Assembly: GCA_963845755.1 (NCBI GenBank)
Contig: CAWJTV010000006.1
Location: 1-64,000, forward strand
DNA: 64,000 nt
Direction of reading: 5' to 3'
From: an uncultured Planctomycetota bacterium
Lineage (GTDB): Bacteria; Planctomycetota; Planctomycetia; Isosphaerales; Isosphaeraceae
Shown: piece after piece, positions 39,238-51,621 of the stretch
Layout of the letters: each line of letters begins with the position of its first letter
Numbering within the stretch: the stretch's first letter is position 1
Notes under the pieces: model-generated
What the model was told of the DNA's origin: nothing
What the model saw: only the letters and a program-made list of their open reading frames with translations
The model's database searches: none
Position numbers and translations under genes: made by a program

Positions 39238-40250
39238 TAGAGTCGCCTTACGTTTGCATTGCATACGCCGCACGGTGTCCGAACCAGCCCGCGATATCCT
39301 CGGGGAGTCACGTCATGCAAGGCCGAGACGAACGCCGCATAGACCGCCTCCTTCGTCCGCGCCGCCATCGATCGCATCGCACCTTTAATCTTCGAGGCCA
39401 TCTCCTCATAGGGCGTCAGGTCCGGACTCCACGGCGGCAACGGCACCAAGTCGGCCCCGGCCCCCGCGACAGCCTCGGCCGCCTCCTCCGACTGGTGCGA
39501 CGACAGGTTGTCCCAGATGACCACGTCGCCGGGCTTCAACTCCGGGACCAGGACATCCTCCACGTAGTTCTCGAACATGGCCTGATTGGTGGCGCCGGGA
39601 AGGCCAACGCCGCCGTCACCCCGGAGAGGCGAACCCCGCAGGTGAGCGTGATCGAATCCCAGTGGCCGGGGGTATCGGTGTAGACGCGCTGGCCCACCGG
39701 GGCACGGCCGTAGGTCCTCGTCATGGACGTGTTGGCCCCGCATTCGTCCACGAAAACCAGCCGGTGCGGGTCGATGCCGGAGAGGGCCTCACAGAAATCC
39801 CGCCGTTTCTCCTGGACCTCCGGGCGATCCTGCTCGTTGCGCGCGGGACCTTCTTCTTGCGCGGCAACCCCAGCTTGTCCAGGGCGCGACAGATGGCGGC
39901 GGTGCTGCAAGCGACGCCGAGGCGCTTTTGCAACTCTTCGAGGGTGGCGTCGGGCTGCTGGCGGACCAACTCGCGGAGCCGCTCGTAATCCTCCGGTCCC
40001 AGCGCCGGCGGATGACCGCCGCGGTGGGGCTTGGGCGCGATCGAGCCGGTCCGGCGGTGGATCTGCAACAAGCGAACGACGAACGAGAGGCTGACGACGA
40101 AGCGGCGAGCGATCTGACGGATCGAGCCCTCGCCGCGCTCGACCGCGTCCAGGACGCGTTGTCGGAGATCGTGGGAATACGGGGACATGGGTCACCTCCT
40201 CACGAGAATCTCCGTTCAAATCGTATGCCATCCAACCGTTCGGCGCTCTA
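39238..40250 (-). mobile_element. IS630-family element, copy 1
   Basis: TAGAG...CTCTA ends; 'FVDECG', 'IWDNLSSH', 'LPPWSPDLTPYE'; near-identical to 56031-57043. Confidence 0.9.
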
Positions 40251-40403
40251 AGGCCAGGGCGTACTTCCAGTCGATGCGGCCGCGGACGGCATCGGCGGCC
40301 TGGCGGTCGGAGAGGCCCTCGAGGTATTGGAGGACACAGACCCAAGCCAGGCGTGCGGGTGAGGCGGCCGGCTGACCACGAGTGGGGAACAGCGCGGCGA
40401 AGC

Positions 40404-40840
40404 GGTACGTCGCCGGCTCGATCCACTGGCGGACCGGGACGGTCTTCGCCACCTGTGGGCCGAAGCGAGATGCGAAGCTCTTCCTGGCCCATCTGGAGGA
40501 CCTGCGGCATCGGCTGAGGCGCTATCGGAAGGTCCATGTGATCTGCGACTGCGCCAAGTTCCATCACATCGACGAGGTGCGGGTCTACCTTTGGGAGCAC
40601 CGCGATCGGATCGAACTGGTGATGCTGCCGGCGTACAGCCCGGACGCTAATCCGATGGAGCGGGTCTGGTGGCTGGTGCGGGAGCATGTCACGCGGAACC
40701 ATCGGTGGCACGACTCGGCGAAATTGGTGGGGATGGTCATGCGGTATCTGGAGTCGGAAGCGCCCTTCCGGCTTGAGGATGAGGAATACAAGATCCCCAG
40801 GGCCGCGTAATTACTTGCCCTCTTGCGAGGACCTATTTAG
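40404..40840 (+). pseudogene. IS630-family transposase, 3' fragment of another element
   Basis: 'VICDCAKFH', 'LPAYSPDANPMERVW'; stop at 40810. Confidence 0.8.
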
Positions 40841-41081
40841 AATGATGCCACACCTCGACGTTCAGCCGCCGGGTCACGGCCGTTCCCAGGTCATCGGCAA
40901 GATTCGCGCCCCGGCCGACCGGAGACGAGATGACTCTTTTGTCAGCTTGCGCACATGTCAGGCCGCCCGTTCTCCGCTCCGGTCGGTGAATGGATCGGCC
41001 GGATCGAGGGGCGATGAATCGCGTAGGACCGTCGGCCCACGAGGCCAACAACCCTAAGGACCTTCATCAGGGCGAGTCAGG

Positions 41082-42145
41082 ATGAAGACGATCCCCACCG
41101 AGCCGATCGGCAGCATTCCCAGGCCCCTGAGCCTGATCGGGGCGCTCGCGGAGACCGACGGCACAGACCCGGCGCTCGATCCGCTCTACGACGAGGCGAT
41201 CCGCGACACGATCGAGCGATTCGAAGCCACCGGCTCGCCGGTGATCACCGACGGCGAGCAGCGGAAGTACCACAATTTCTGGACGTACTGCGTGCAGGGG
41301 CTGCCGAACACCGCCCCGGACGGTTTCAAGATCCCGTTCTCGGCCGGCCATACGCGCCGGATGCTGCGGCTGACCGCCGGGCCGTTCCGCTACCGCCGGC
41401 ACGCCGACAGCTACCTCGAGGCGGCGCTGAAATACGCCAGCAGGCCGGTGAAGCAGGCGGTCATCTCGCCCTCGGCCCTGAGCCTGATGTACCCGCCCGA
41501 TGAGATCCCCGGCTATCCGCGCCAGCGATTCATCGAGGACCTGTTGCGCGAGCACGAGACCGAGGTCCGCAACTGCCTGCGCAAGGGCGCCCACTCGGTC
41601 CAGGTCGACTTCACCGAGGGGCGGCTGGCCGTCAAGATCGACCCGTCCGGGGAGCTCCTCCACCGCTTCATCGACCTGAACAACCTGGCGCTCACGCGGT
41701 TTTCCGCCGAGGACCGCCGGCGGATCGGCGTCCACACGTGCCCGGGCAGCGACCGCGACTCCACGCACAGCGGCGACGTGGACTACGCGCTGCTGCTGCC
41801 CAGCCTGTTCCAGCTCCGGGTGGGGAACTTCTACGTCGCCCTAGCGGGCGAAACGGACCGCGGCCGCGTCCTGGAGATCATCCGTCGGCACGTCAAGCCG
41901 GGGCACCGGATCTTCGTCGGAGTCATCGACCCGATCGACCCGCGGGTCGAGACGCCGGAGGAAGTCCGCGACCGCGTGCTGGAGGCGGCGCGGTACATCC
42001 CGGTCGATCAGCTCGTCACGTGCGACGACTGCGGCTTCTCGCCTTTCTGCGACGACACGACGACCACACGCGAGACGGCGTTCGAGAAGATCCGGGCGCG
42101 GGTCGTCGGCACCGCGCTCGCTGCGGAACGGCTCGGGGGGGATGA
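41082..42145 (+). CDS. Cobalamin-independent methionine synthase II family protein (single-barrel MetE-like)
   Basis: 'EPIGSIPRP', 'ITDGEQ', Zn ligands 'GVHTCPG' and 'DDCGFSPF'; stop apparently lost in the poly-G run near 42135. Confidence 0.8.
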
Positions 42146-45011
42146 TGGCGAACCAGGACGACGAGGAGGAGCAACTCCGGACGGTCGCACTTCAGAACGC
42201 TCAGAGCATCCTCGCCGCCCGCCTGGAGGCCGAGGAGGCGCTCCGGCGGCAGTCCGAGTGGCTGCGGGTGACGCTCGCCAGCATCGGCGACGCGGTGATC
42301 AGCACCGACGCCGAGGGCAGGGTCACGTTCCTGAACGGCGTCGCCGAGGCCCTAACCGGCTGGACGAAGGAGGAGGCCGAGGGCCGCCCGCTGCCCGAGG
42401 TCTTCCGGATCGTCAACGAAGAGACCCGCCGGCCGGCCGAGAATCCGGCGCTGCGCGCCCTGCGGGAGGGGACGATCGTCGGGCTGGCCAACCACACCGT
42501 CCTCATCGCCCGCGACGGGACGGAGCGGCCGATCGACGACAGCGCCGCGCCGATCCGGGACGACGCCGGGGCCAGGACGGGGCGGTCCTGGTCGTCCGCG
42601 ACGTCACCGAGAGGAGGAAGGCCGAGAACGAGACCCGTCGCAAGGAAGCCGAGCTGATGGACTTCCTCGAGAACGCGAACGTCGGCCTCCACTGGGTGGG
42701 CCCCGACGGCATCCTCCTCTGGGCCAACCGGGCGGAGCTGGAACTCCTCGGCTATACCCGCGAGGAGTACTTCGGCCGGCACATCGCCGAGTTCCACGCC
42801 GACCGGCCGGTGATCGACGACATCCTCCGCAGGCTCCTGGACAAGGAGGATCTGCGCGAGAACGAGGCGAGGCTGATCTGCAAGGACGGCTCGATCAGGC
42901 ACGTCCTGATCAACTCCAGCGGGCTGTGGGAGGGCGGCGTCTTCCTCCACAGCCGCTGCTTCACCCATGACATCACCGATCGGAAGCAGGCCGAGGAGGC
43001 CCGTGCGCGGCTGGCGGCGATCGTCGAGTCGTCCGAGGATGCCATCGTCGGCAAGACGCTCGAAGGCATCATCACGAGCTGGAACCGGGGGGCCGAGCGC
43101 CTGTTCGGCTACGCGGCCGCGGAGGCCGTCGGCAATCCGATCACGCTGATCATCCCGCCCGAGCGGCTGGATGAAGAGCCGGCGATCCTGGAGCGGCTCC
43201 GCCGCGGGGAGTCGCGTCGATCACTTCGACACCGTCCGCGTCGCCAAGGACGGCCGGCGCATCGACATCTCGCTCAGCATCTCTCCCGTGCGCGATGGCA
43301 AGGGCCGGGTGATCGGGGCATCGAAAGTTGCCCGCGACATCACCCAGAGGAAGCGGGCCGAGAACTTCCTCCGGGAGCAGGGACGGCTGCTCAAGCAGGT
43401 GGCCGACGCCTCGCTGACGATCCACTCGGCGGGGTCGCTCGACAGCGTCATGAGGGTCATCGCGGGGGAGGCCAGGCGCATCCTCGGCGCCCACCGGGCG
43501 GTCTCCAGCGTGACCGTCGGGGAGGATGGGGCCCAGGCGATCAGCGCCGTGTCCGTATCCGAAGAGTACGAGCAGTGGCGCGAGCCGCGCATCCCGCCGG
43601 CCGTGGAGGGCGTCCGCGGCGAGGTCAGCCGGACCAACCGGCCCATGCGGCTGACGCCGCGCCGAGCTGGAGGCCCAGCCGACGTGGCGAGGAGAAGGCG
43701 TGGGAGCGGCGCCCTTCCCTCCGCTGCATTGCTGGATGGCGGCCCCGCTGGTCAGCCGCGGCGGGAGGAACCTGGGGATCATCCAGGTCGCGGACAAGAA
43801 AGATGGAGCGTTTTCCGAGAGCGACGAGGCGATCCTCGTCCAGCTCGCGTCGGTCGCGTCCGTGGCCGTCGAGAACGCCCGGCTCAACGGCGAGCTGCGG
43901 GATCAGGACCGGCGCAAGGATGAGTTCCTGGCGCTGCTGGCCCACGAGCTCCGCAACCCCCTGGCCCCGCTCCGCAACGGGCTCCAGATGATCCGCCTCG
44001 CCGCCCACGACGCGGGCGTCGTCGCCCAGGCCCGCGCGATGATGGACCGGCAGCTAGGCCACATGGTCCGCCTGATCGACGACCTGCTCGACATCTCGCG
44101 CATCAACCAGAACAAGATGGAGCTGCGGCGGGAGCTGCGTCCTCCTGGAGGACATCGTGGCCAGCGCCGTCGAGACGGCTCGCCCGCTCATCGAGATGGC
44201 CGGGCACGAGCTGACGGTGTCGCTGCCGGCCGATCCGGTGCCGCTCGACGCCGACCTGACGCGGCTCGCCCAGGTCTTCAGCAACCTGCTGACCAACAGC
44301 GCCAAGTACACCCAGCGCGGCGGCCGGATCTGGCTCTCCGCCGAGCTCCGCGGGGACGAGCTCCTGGTCACGATCCGGGACACCGGGATCGGCATCCCGC
44401 CCGAGGCCCTGCCGGGGCTCTTCGACATGTTCTCCCAGGTGGACCGCAGCATCGAACGCGCCACCGGCGGGCTCGGGATCGGGCTGGCGCTGGTCAAGGG
44501 CCTGACCGAGATGCACGGCGGGAGGGTCGAGGCGGCCAGCCCGGGACTCGGCCGGGGGAGCACCTTCATCGTGCGGCTGCCGGTGGCGGAGCCCCTCCAG
44601 CCAACGCCGGTGCACACCGGTGAGGAACCGACGGCGGCCGCGGCCGGGCACCGGATCCTTGTCGTGGACGACAGCGTCGACTCGGCCGTATCGCTGGGCA
44701 GGATTCTCAAGATGTTCGGCCACGAGGTCCGCACGGCGCACGACGGGATCGAGGCGGTGGAGGCGGCGCAGGAGTTCGGCCCCGAACTGATCCTGATGGA
44801 CGTTGGCATGCCGCGACTGAACGGCTACGAGGCGTCGCGGCGAATCCGGCAGCAGCCGTGGGGGCGAGAGGTCACGATCATCGCGTTGACCGGCTGGGGG
44901 CAGGAGGGAGACCGCGTGCAGTCGAGGGAAGCCGGCTGCGACGGGCACCTGGTCAAGCCGGTCGATTTCGCCGAGCTCCAGAAGCTGCTCGCCGAGCTGG
45001 ATAGACGCTGA
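42142..45011 (+). CDS. Hybrid sensor histidine kinase PAS-PAS-PAS-GAF-HisKA-HATPase-REC (four frameshifts)
   Basis: PAS '[10 protein letters not shown]', H-box 'AHELRNPL', N-box '[10 protein letters not shown]', 'DTGIGI', 'GLGIGL', REC 'LMDVGMP'. Frame breaks near 42578, 43210, 43660, 44135. Confidence 0.9.
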
Positions 45012-45068
45012 GCCGGCGCCGCGACCCACCGTGGAATCGACCCGGTTCGGAGGCCCAGGCAAGGAACT

Positions 45069-45185
45069 ATGACCGCTGCACCCCTGGACCGTCTGACCCA
45101 CCACTTCGCCATCTTCGAGATGGATGGCGAGAGGTGCCGGTTCCGGGAGTCGATGAAGATGAAGAAGAGTCGAAAGGCCGAGTGA
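45069..45185 (+). pseudogene. IstB C-terminal remnant
   Basis: 'MTAAPLDRLTHHFAIFEMDGERCRFRES'. Confidence 0.7.
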
Positions 45186-45384
45186 CACCGGTTCGTCGCG
45201 ATCCCGAGAGTCAAGGTGAGGTCGTCGAACTCGGTGCGGACCAGGCGACTGCCGGCGTGAGCGCGCAGAAGCTGGGACAGGAGCAAGGAACGCCTCCATA
45301 GGGGTAGAAACAGGGAACCCACGCAAAGAGGGGACAACCTATCTATGTTCTTGGATCATCAAAAGTGCGGAAGAGCCCCTTTTA

Positions 45385-45978
45385 TGCGCTCATTTCCAGA
45401 CGTACTCGGCCGGTGCGCTGTACTTCATCCGCAGCAGCGTCTTCGAGGCCTTTGCGATTCCGTCGGCCAGCGCGGTGCCGACGTTGCTCCCCGGTGATCG
45501 GTTCCTGGTGAACAAAACGACGTACCAGAGGCGATTCGTGCGCCGCGGCGACGAGGTGGTGTTTCGCGTGTCGTTGGAGCTGGGGCTGAACTGGGTCAGG
45601 CGTCTCATCGCGCTGCCCGGCGATACCGTCGAGGTGAAGGACAACGAGGTGTTCGTCAACGGGCGGCAGTTGCCGCACGAGCCGGCGCCGCGGGCGAGCC
45701 TCGGGGCCGCGGCGCAAGTGGTCAAGGGGGAACTCTTCGAGGAAACCAACGCCGGCCGCCGCTATCGGATTCTCCTCGCCACCGACACGAAGCCGTTACC
45801 GGACTACCCCAAGGCGAAGGTGCCGGACGGGATGTGCTTCGTGCTGGGCGACAACCGGAACAATTCGCGCGACAGCCGCACGATCGGCTTCGTGGCCCTT
45901 GGCGACGTGCTCGGCGACGTACAGTACAGGTACTGGCCAGCCGCGACGTGGACCCGGTTCGGCGTCCTGACCGAATAA
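45385..45978 (+). pseudogene. Signal peptidase I (S26)-like, 5'-truncated
   Basis: 'FAIPSASAVPTLLPGD', 'RRLIALPGD', 'FVLGDNRNNSRDSR'. Confidence 0.8.
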
Positions 45979-46090
45979 GCAACTACCTGATTCCAATCAT
46001 GAACCCGCCTCTCAACGGAACCTCCGGACCCATGCATGGTGGTTTCAGTGCTGTTCGATCTGGGCTATCTACGATCCGCCGCCAACGCCC

Positions 46091-46672
46091 TCACGTCGCC
46101 CCCTCGGCTTGCCTGAGATAAGCATAAAGCGTCGGCCTGGAAATGCCGACCACCTGGCAGATTTCGCCCACCGTCTGTTTTTTCTGCCGGTACAGCTCGA
46201 CGGCCAGGGCACGCTGCTTGTCGCCGAGCTTCGGCCTTCTGCCGCCCTTCCTCCCCCTCGCTCTGGCCGCCGCCAGCCCGGCATGCGTCCGTTCGCGGAT
46301 CAGATTCCGCTCGAATTCCGCCAGGGCGGCGAAGATGTGGAACACCAGCTTGCCGCCCGGCCTCGTCGTGTCGATGGCCTCCGTCGTGCTCTGGAAACCG
46401 ATCCCCTGCTCCTCCAGCTCGCCCATCAGCTCGATCAGATGCTTGAGCGACCGCCCCAGCCGGTCGAGCCGCCACACCGCCAGCGAATCACCCGGCCGCA
46501 GCATCTCCAGCACACGCTCCAGCCCGTCGCGTTTCACCTTGCCACCGCTGGAATTGTCCTCGATGATCTTCCCGCACCCCGCCGCCTTGAGGGCATCGCG
46601 TTGCAGGCTCAGATTCTGCTCGATGGTCGATACGCGGGCATAACCGATCTTCATCCCCTTCGCCTTTGCCAT
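46091..46672 (-). CDS. Small serine resolvase/invertase
   Basis: 'IGYARVST', 'WRLDRLGRS', 'GRKGGR', C-terminal HTH 'GISRPTLY'. Confidence 0.95.
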   Translation of the reverse strand: MAKAKGMKIGYARVSTIEQNLSLQRDALKAAGCGKIIEDNSSGGKVKRDGLERVLEMLRPGDSLAVWRLDRLGRSLKHLIELMGELEEQGIGFQSTTEAIDTTRPGGKLVFHIFAALAEFERNLIRERTHAGLAAARARGRKGGRRPKLGDKQRALAVELYRQKKQTVGEICQVVGISRPTLYAYLRQAEGAT

Positions 46673-46689
46673 CCCTTGCCCCCTTACCG

Positions 46690-46832
46690 CCGTGAGTTAC
46701 GAAACCCGTCGCAAGCCATCGAATATTTACCTTGATTTCTTTATGCAATTCCTTTACACGGAAAGCAAGGGAAATCCGATCCAGCGGCGAACGTCGCCCG
46801 CCTGTAAAGAAAACCCACGTTTGATTTACCAC
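46690..46832. promoter_or_regulatory. Probable res site/promoter of the resolvase
   Basis: AT-rich upstream region with an imperfect dyad GTAAAGAAAAC-CCAC-GTTTGATTTAC. Confidence 0.45.
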
Positions 46833-46951
46833 CGAGCAGAGGTGGTCATGCGGATAGGAGCTACGCGGGGGTGTCAGCTCGTCAACCTCAGCGCGGCCGA
46901 GTCGCCGCCGGGAATGGAAAGGGTGACCTATGGTTCATCGTTTACGGCTAG

Positions 46952-48840
46952 ACCCTAACCAAGCGTGATTTATGGTCCGCCTGGCCCGATTCTGAAGAAA
47001 ACGCTCGAAAACCCCGCAAGTTCTTGGAATAATGGAGGTAGGAACACATCCTCACCATTCCAAGACAAGGGGGCCTTCGAGTGAGCGCTACTCTCCGAAA
47101 AAAGCAGGCGGCACGCAAGAAGAGATTCTTCCAACAGGGGCGGCGGCGGATCCAGAAACGGCTCGCCAATACGCCTGGACCGGAGCGGCCGATACCCATG
47201 ATGACCGCCTCCAATATCCACTACGAACCGGCTCAGCGCACCCGCGGGCTCAGTGCCGGCGGCATCGGGGCCATCTTCCTCCTGGCTCAGAAGGTCGGAC
47301 TTATCCAGGAGATCGATTCCAGGCTCCACCTCCTCAAGCGGCATCTGCCGTATCACGAATCCGACCACGTCCTGAACATCGCCTTCAACATCCTCGCCGG
47401 CGGCCTGTGCATCGAGCACCTCGAATTGCGGCGCAACGACGAGGTCTACCTCGACGCGCTGGGAGCCCAACGCATCCCCGACCCAACCACGGCTGGCGAC
47501 TTCTGTCGCCGCTTTTCCGAGGCCGACGTCCTGACCCTGATGGACGCGATCCATGAGGCGCGGCTGCGGGTCTGGGCCCAGCAGCCACCCGAGTTCTTCG
47601 CCGAGGCGATCCTCGAGGCCGATGGCAGTCTCGTTCCCAGTGACGCCGAGTGCAAACAGGGGATGGATTTCGCCTATGACGGGCAGTATGGCTACCATCC
47701 GCTGGTGATCTCGCTGGCCAATACGGCCGAACCGCTTTACCTGGACAATCGCAGTGGCAACCGTCCTTCCCAGGAACGGGCTGACGAGTTCCTGGATAAG
47801 GGCGTCGCCTTGGTCCGTCGGGCGGGCTTCCGCGCGATCCTGATGCGGGGCGACACCCGCATCGCCCAGACCAAGCACCTGGATGGATGGGACGCCGCCG
47901 GCGACATCCGGTTCCTCTTCGGCTACGAGGCCTCCCCGTCCCTCCAAGCCCGAGCCGACCAACTGCCGGCCGGCTCGTATCGTCTCCTGGACCGACCACC
48001 GCGGTACCAAATCCAGACCGCCCCGCGGCAGAAGCCGGAACGGGTCAAACCCGAGATCGTCCGCCGTCGCGGCTACGAGAACCTCGAACTGATCGAGGAG
48101 ATGGTCGCGGAGTTTCAATACCGGCCCTTGGCTTGCCGGAAGCGTTATCGGATGATCGTCCTCCGCAAGCGGATCGGGGTCGCCAAGGGACAGCTCCGCT
48201 TGTTCGAGGAATACCGGTACTTCTTTTACATCACCAATGACGGCCGAGGAGGTCGTGTTCTCGGCCAACGATCGTTGCGACCAGGAGAATCTGATCGCCC
48301 AGCTCAAGAGCGGAGTCCACGCGTTGACGACCCCCGTGGACGACCTGGTGAGCAACTGGGCGTACATGGTGATGGCCTCGTTGGCGTGGAGCCTCAAGGC
48401 CTGGAGCCGCGTTGCTGGTCCCCGTGGCGCCACGTCACCGTGCCCAACACGAGTCGGAGCGGCGCACGTTGTTGCGGATGGAGTTCGCGACCTATCGCGA
48501 GGCGTTCCTGCGGATGCCGTGCCAGCTCGTGCGGGCGGGCCGCCGGTTGATCTACCGGTTCCTGTCGTGGAATCCGTGGCAAGCGGTGTTGCTGCGGCTG
48601 GTCGAGCGGCTGCACGCATGCCGGCTGTGTTGACCGGTTCGCCCCTGAAGTCGGGGTCCGGATGCCCCGATCCGCATGGGCCATCGAACGAAGAAAGGGG
48701 GTGGGTGATGTCAACGAGCAATTCGGGTCAGCAGGACGGGGCCAGCCTACCCCCGAGTTGTAGAGAGTACGTCTTGAGATAATATAAATACTCACATAAA
48801 TGATACATGGCCGCTTTTTTTTCTCACGCTTGTTTTGGGG
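46952..48840 (+). mobile_element. IS1380-family element; transposase 47081-48633 with two frameshifts
   Basis: 17-bp IR (14/17) ending CAAGCGTGA, CTAG duplication; 'IPDPTTAGDFCRRF', 'YGYHPL', 'MRGDT', 'RCDQENLIAQLK'. Confidence 0.9.
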
Positions 48841-48888
48841 CTAGATCGGCCGGTCGGGTCCGCTGTGATGACAGGCTCGGCTGGACCT

Positions 48889-49533
48889 CTACTCGCATGG
48901 GAACACCTCCGTGAGGGTCCTGGGCCGCCCATGTCGGCCCGCCGCCACGTCCCGGACGAGGTCCAGAACCGTGACCGAGACGATGTCGTCCGGGTCAAGC
49001 TGGACCGCCTGTGCCGCACACCGCCCGGCCTCCATGTCCTCGCCCGCCAGGCAGTGGGCCAGCGCCAGGTTGCGGACCAGCACGGGATCATCTGGCCCGA
49101 AAGCCACCGCCGCCCGACACAGCGCCAGCGCCTCTTCGGTGCGCCCGATGTCCATTGCAGCTCTACCGGCGTCCCGCACCAGGTCCGGGTGATTGGGCCT
49201 CTCCGCATTGGCCTTGGCGAACCACAGGAACGCCATGTCCAGGTCACCGAGAAGTTGGTAGATCTTGCCCAGCGCCCACATCGACGGCCAACCCTCCGGG
49301 TGGATCTCCAGCGCTCGCTCGAAGCAGCGAGCGGCCCACCTGAGGTGCCATTGGCCATACCCTCCTGGTCGCCTCGACGGCTCCTGGCCGTAGGGGAGGA
49401 GGTGGACGCTCGTTAGTTCCCATCCCCTGGCGGTGAGGTCCTTGTGCTTTTCTGCATCAGCCTTGGTGAACGCCTTCGCCATCTCGAAGCCCTCGGCCGC
49501 TCGGAATTCACGCGTTCCAGGTCTTGCCATCAT
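48889..49533 (-). CDS. TPR-repeat protein
   Basis: 'CFERALEIHPE..SMWALGKIY', 'AAQAVQLDPDD'. Confidence 0.75.
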   Translation of the reverse strand: MMARPGTREFRAAEGFEMAKAFTKADAEKHKDLTARGWELTSVHLLPYGQEPSRRPGGYGQWHLRWAARCFERALEIHPEGWPSMWALGKIYQLLGDLDMAFLWFAKANAERPNHPDLVRDAGRAAMDIGRTEEALALCRAAVAFGPDDPVLVRNLALAHCLAGEDMEAGRCAAQAVQLDPDDIVSVTVLDLVRDVAAGRHGRPRTLTEVFPCE

Positions 49534-49584
49534 CCCCGCCCGAGATCGCCAGCCAAGAACGGTCGGTGATAGCGTCGCCGGACC

Positions 49585-50156
49585 CTAGCCATCCAGCGCC
49601 CTATCCCAGAGTGGATGAGACAGATCGGCACGCGGGGATGAGACCAGTGACTTGCCGGGCTCGCCGGGAATGAGGCCAAGACGAGAGACGCTGGATGTTA
49701 GGTAGCGTTCGACGAAGTCGCTGAAGGAACTGGCTGCCTGGCCCACCCGGTACTCCCCTCGGTCCGAGAAGATCGCCAGGACGACATTCCCCGACGTCAC
49801 TTCGGGGGTCAGTCGAATAGCGAAGGTGGGGAGACTGATGGAGTGGTCAGCGAACGCGAAATACGACGCCTGGTCGGCGAGGAACAGGTCGGGATGAAAC
49901 CGCTCGGTGGCCGGCTCGACCTGGTGGAGCGGGAAGAAGCGGAAGAGATCGTCGTCCCAGCCGAAGGGCGGGTTCAAGTCCTCGGGTCCCATCCCGTCGA
50001 TCGCAAGGAAGTAGCCTCGCAAATCGTTGGGGAGCCGAACAGCGTATCGGGACTCGAATTCCTCCAGCCGCCCGGCGGGGACGCCGGTGGCAGCTTCACG
50101 CCTCGAGCTGACCAGGAGGTCCTTAGCCTCTCACCCAGGCTGCTCATCGCGTCCAC
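49585..50156 (-). CDS. SMI1/KNR4-family protein (frameshift near 50080)
   Basis: 'LEEFESRYAVRLPNDLRGYFLAIDG', 'FAFAD', 'ASSFSDFVERY'. Confidence 0.7.
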
Positions 50157-50197
50157 ATCCTACCACGAGTAGCGGCTCGGCTCGCCGAGTCATCTGC

Positions 50198-51621
50198 CTA
50201 GACCGACAATCCTCAATTGAGACACCAACAGCTTGATGACCCGGCTAGAATTACCCGGATTCGCTAGCTTCGCAACCACCAGGGAGGCTCTCGCCATGCC
50301 GGGCAAGACGGCCAAGGTCACCATCACCGAACGTCAACACGATCTCCTGGAGACGATCCACAAGGCCCCCACCGCCTCGTCTCAACTCCGCCAGCGTGCG
50401 GCCATCATCCTCTGGGCCTTCCAGAAGCGGGACAACGCGGAGATCGCCGCCGCAGTCGGGCTGTCGCGGCGGCAGGTCAGCACCTGGCGACGACGTTGGG
50501 CCGATGCCTGGGAGCGGCTCATCCGCATCGAGTGCACCCAGACCCACGCCGCGTTGCGCCGGGCCGTCGAGCAGGTCCTCCGCGATGAGCCCCGCGCCGG
50601 CTCCTCCGGCAAGTTCACTCCCGAGCAGGTCGTGGCGATCCTGGCACTGGCCTGCGAGCCCCCGGAGAAGTCCGGCCGGCCGATCACTCACTGGACGGCC
50701 AAGGAGTTGGCCGACGAGGCCATCAAGCGCGGCATCGTGCCCTCGATCTCGGTCACTCAAGTGGGTCGCTATCTCCGCGAGGCCGCCTTGCAGCCGCACA
50801 AGAAGCGGTATTGGCTCAACACCCGCGAGAAAGATCCGGTGGTCTTTGCGGGGCGGGTCCAGGCGGTCTGTGACACCTACCAGGAGGCGCCGGCCCTGGC
50901 GAGGGACCAGGGGACGCACACCGTCAGCACCGATGAGATGACCGGGTTGCAAGCGCTGGAGCGGAGTGCCCCCGATCAGCCGATGACCTACGGGAGGCCC
51001 GAGCGGATCGAGGCCGAATATACGCGGCATGGGACGCTGACTCTGATCGGCAACTTCGACGTGACGACCGGCGAGTTGATCACCCCCACGATCGGCCCGA
51101 CGCGGACGGAGTTGGATTTCGTCGAACACATCGCGCACACGGTGGCGACCGACCCGGAGGCGGGGTGGATCTTCGTGGTGGATAATTTGAACATCCATGG
51201 CTCGGAGATGCTGGTGCGGTTGGTGGCCAAGGCGTGCGGGATCGCGGAGCCGTTGGGGAGGAAGAACGTGCGCGGGATCCTCGAAGTCGGTGGCCAGCCG
51301 GCAAGCGTTCCTGTCGGAGAAGGGCCACCGGATCCGGTTCGTGTACACGCCGAAGCACAGTTCGTGGCTGAACCAGATCGAGACGGTCTTCGGAGTAATC
51401 ATGAGGAAGGTGATTCGGCGCGGCTCGTTCAGTTCGGTGGACGACCTGCAGAGCAAGCTGTGGAACTTCATCGCGTATTTCAATCGGGTGTTTGCCAAGC
51501 CGTTCCACTGGACCTACACCGGTCGCCCGCTGCGGGTGAAGGTGGCGTGAAAAGAGGCAAACGACGAAGGATGGAGAAGCCACCTTGCTCATGCTCACTC
51601 AATTGAGGATTGTCGGTCTAG
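50198..51621 (+). mobile_element. IS630-family element; transposase 50296-51550 with a frameshift near 51280
   Basis: Perfect 24-bp IR CTAGACCGACAATCCTCAATTGAG; 'STDEMTGLQALE', 'VDNLNIH', 'SSWLNQIE'. Confidence 0.92.

Larger units (their letters stand above)
37645..40403 (-). pseudogene. IS1182-family transposase fragment split by IS630 and IS701
   Basis: 40403-40251 'FAALFPTRGQPA...LSDRQAADAVRGRIDWKYALA' rejoins 37769-37645 'LELDDPGFNHTVLSEFRARL' in frame across a TA. Confidence 0.85.

Noticed and set aside
39830..39860. Programmed frameshift in IS630
   Set aside because: No slippery A-run; the two copies have different single-base losses that complement each other.
41082..43991. 969-aa MetE-PAS fusion ORF
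   Set aside because: Patchwork of frames produced by indels; out-of-frame stretches lie between the real domains.
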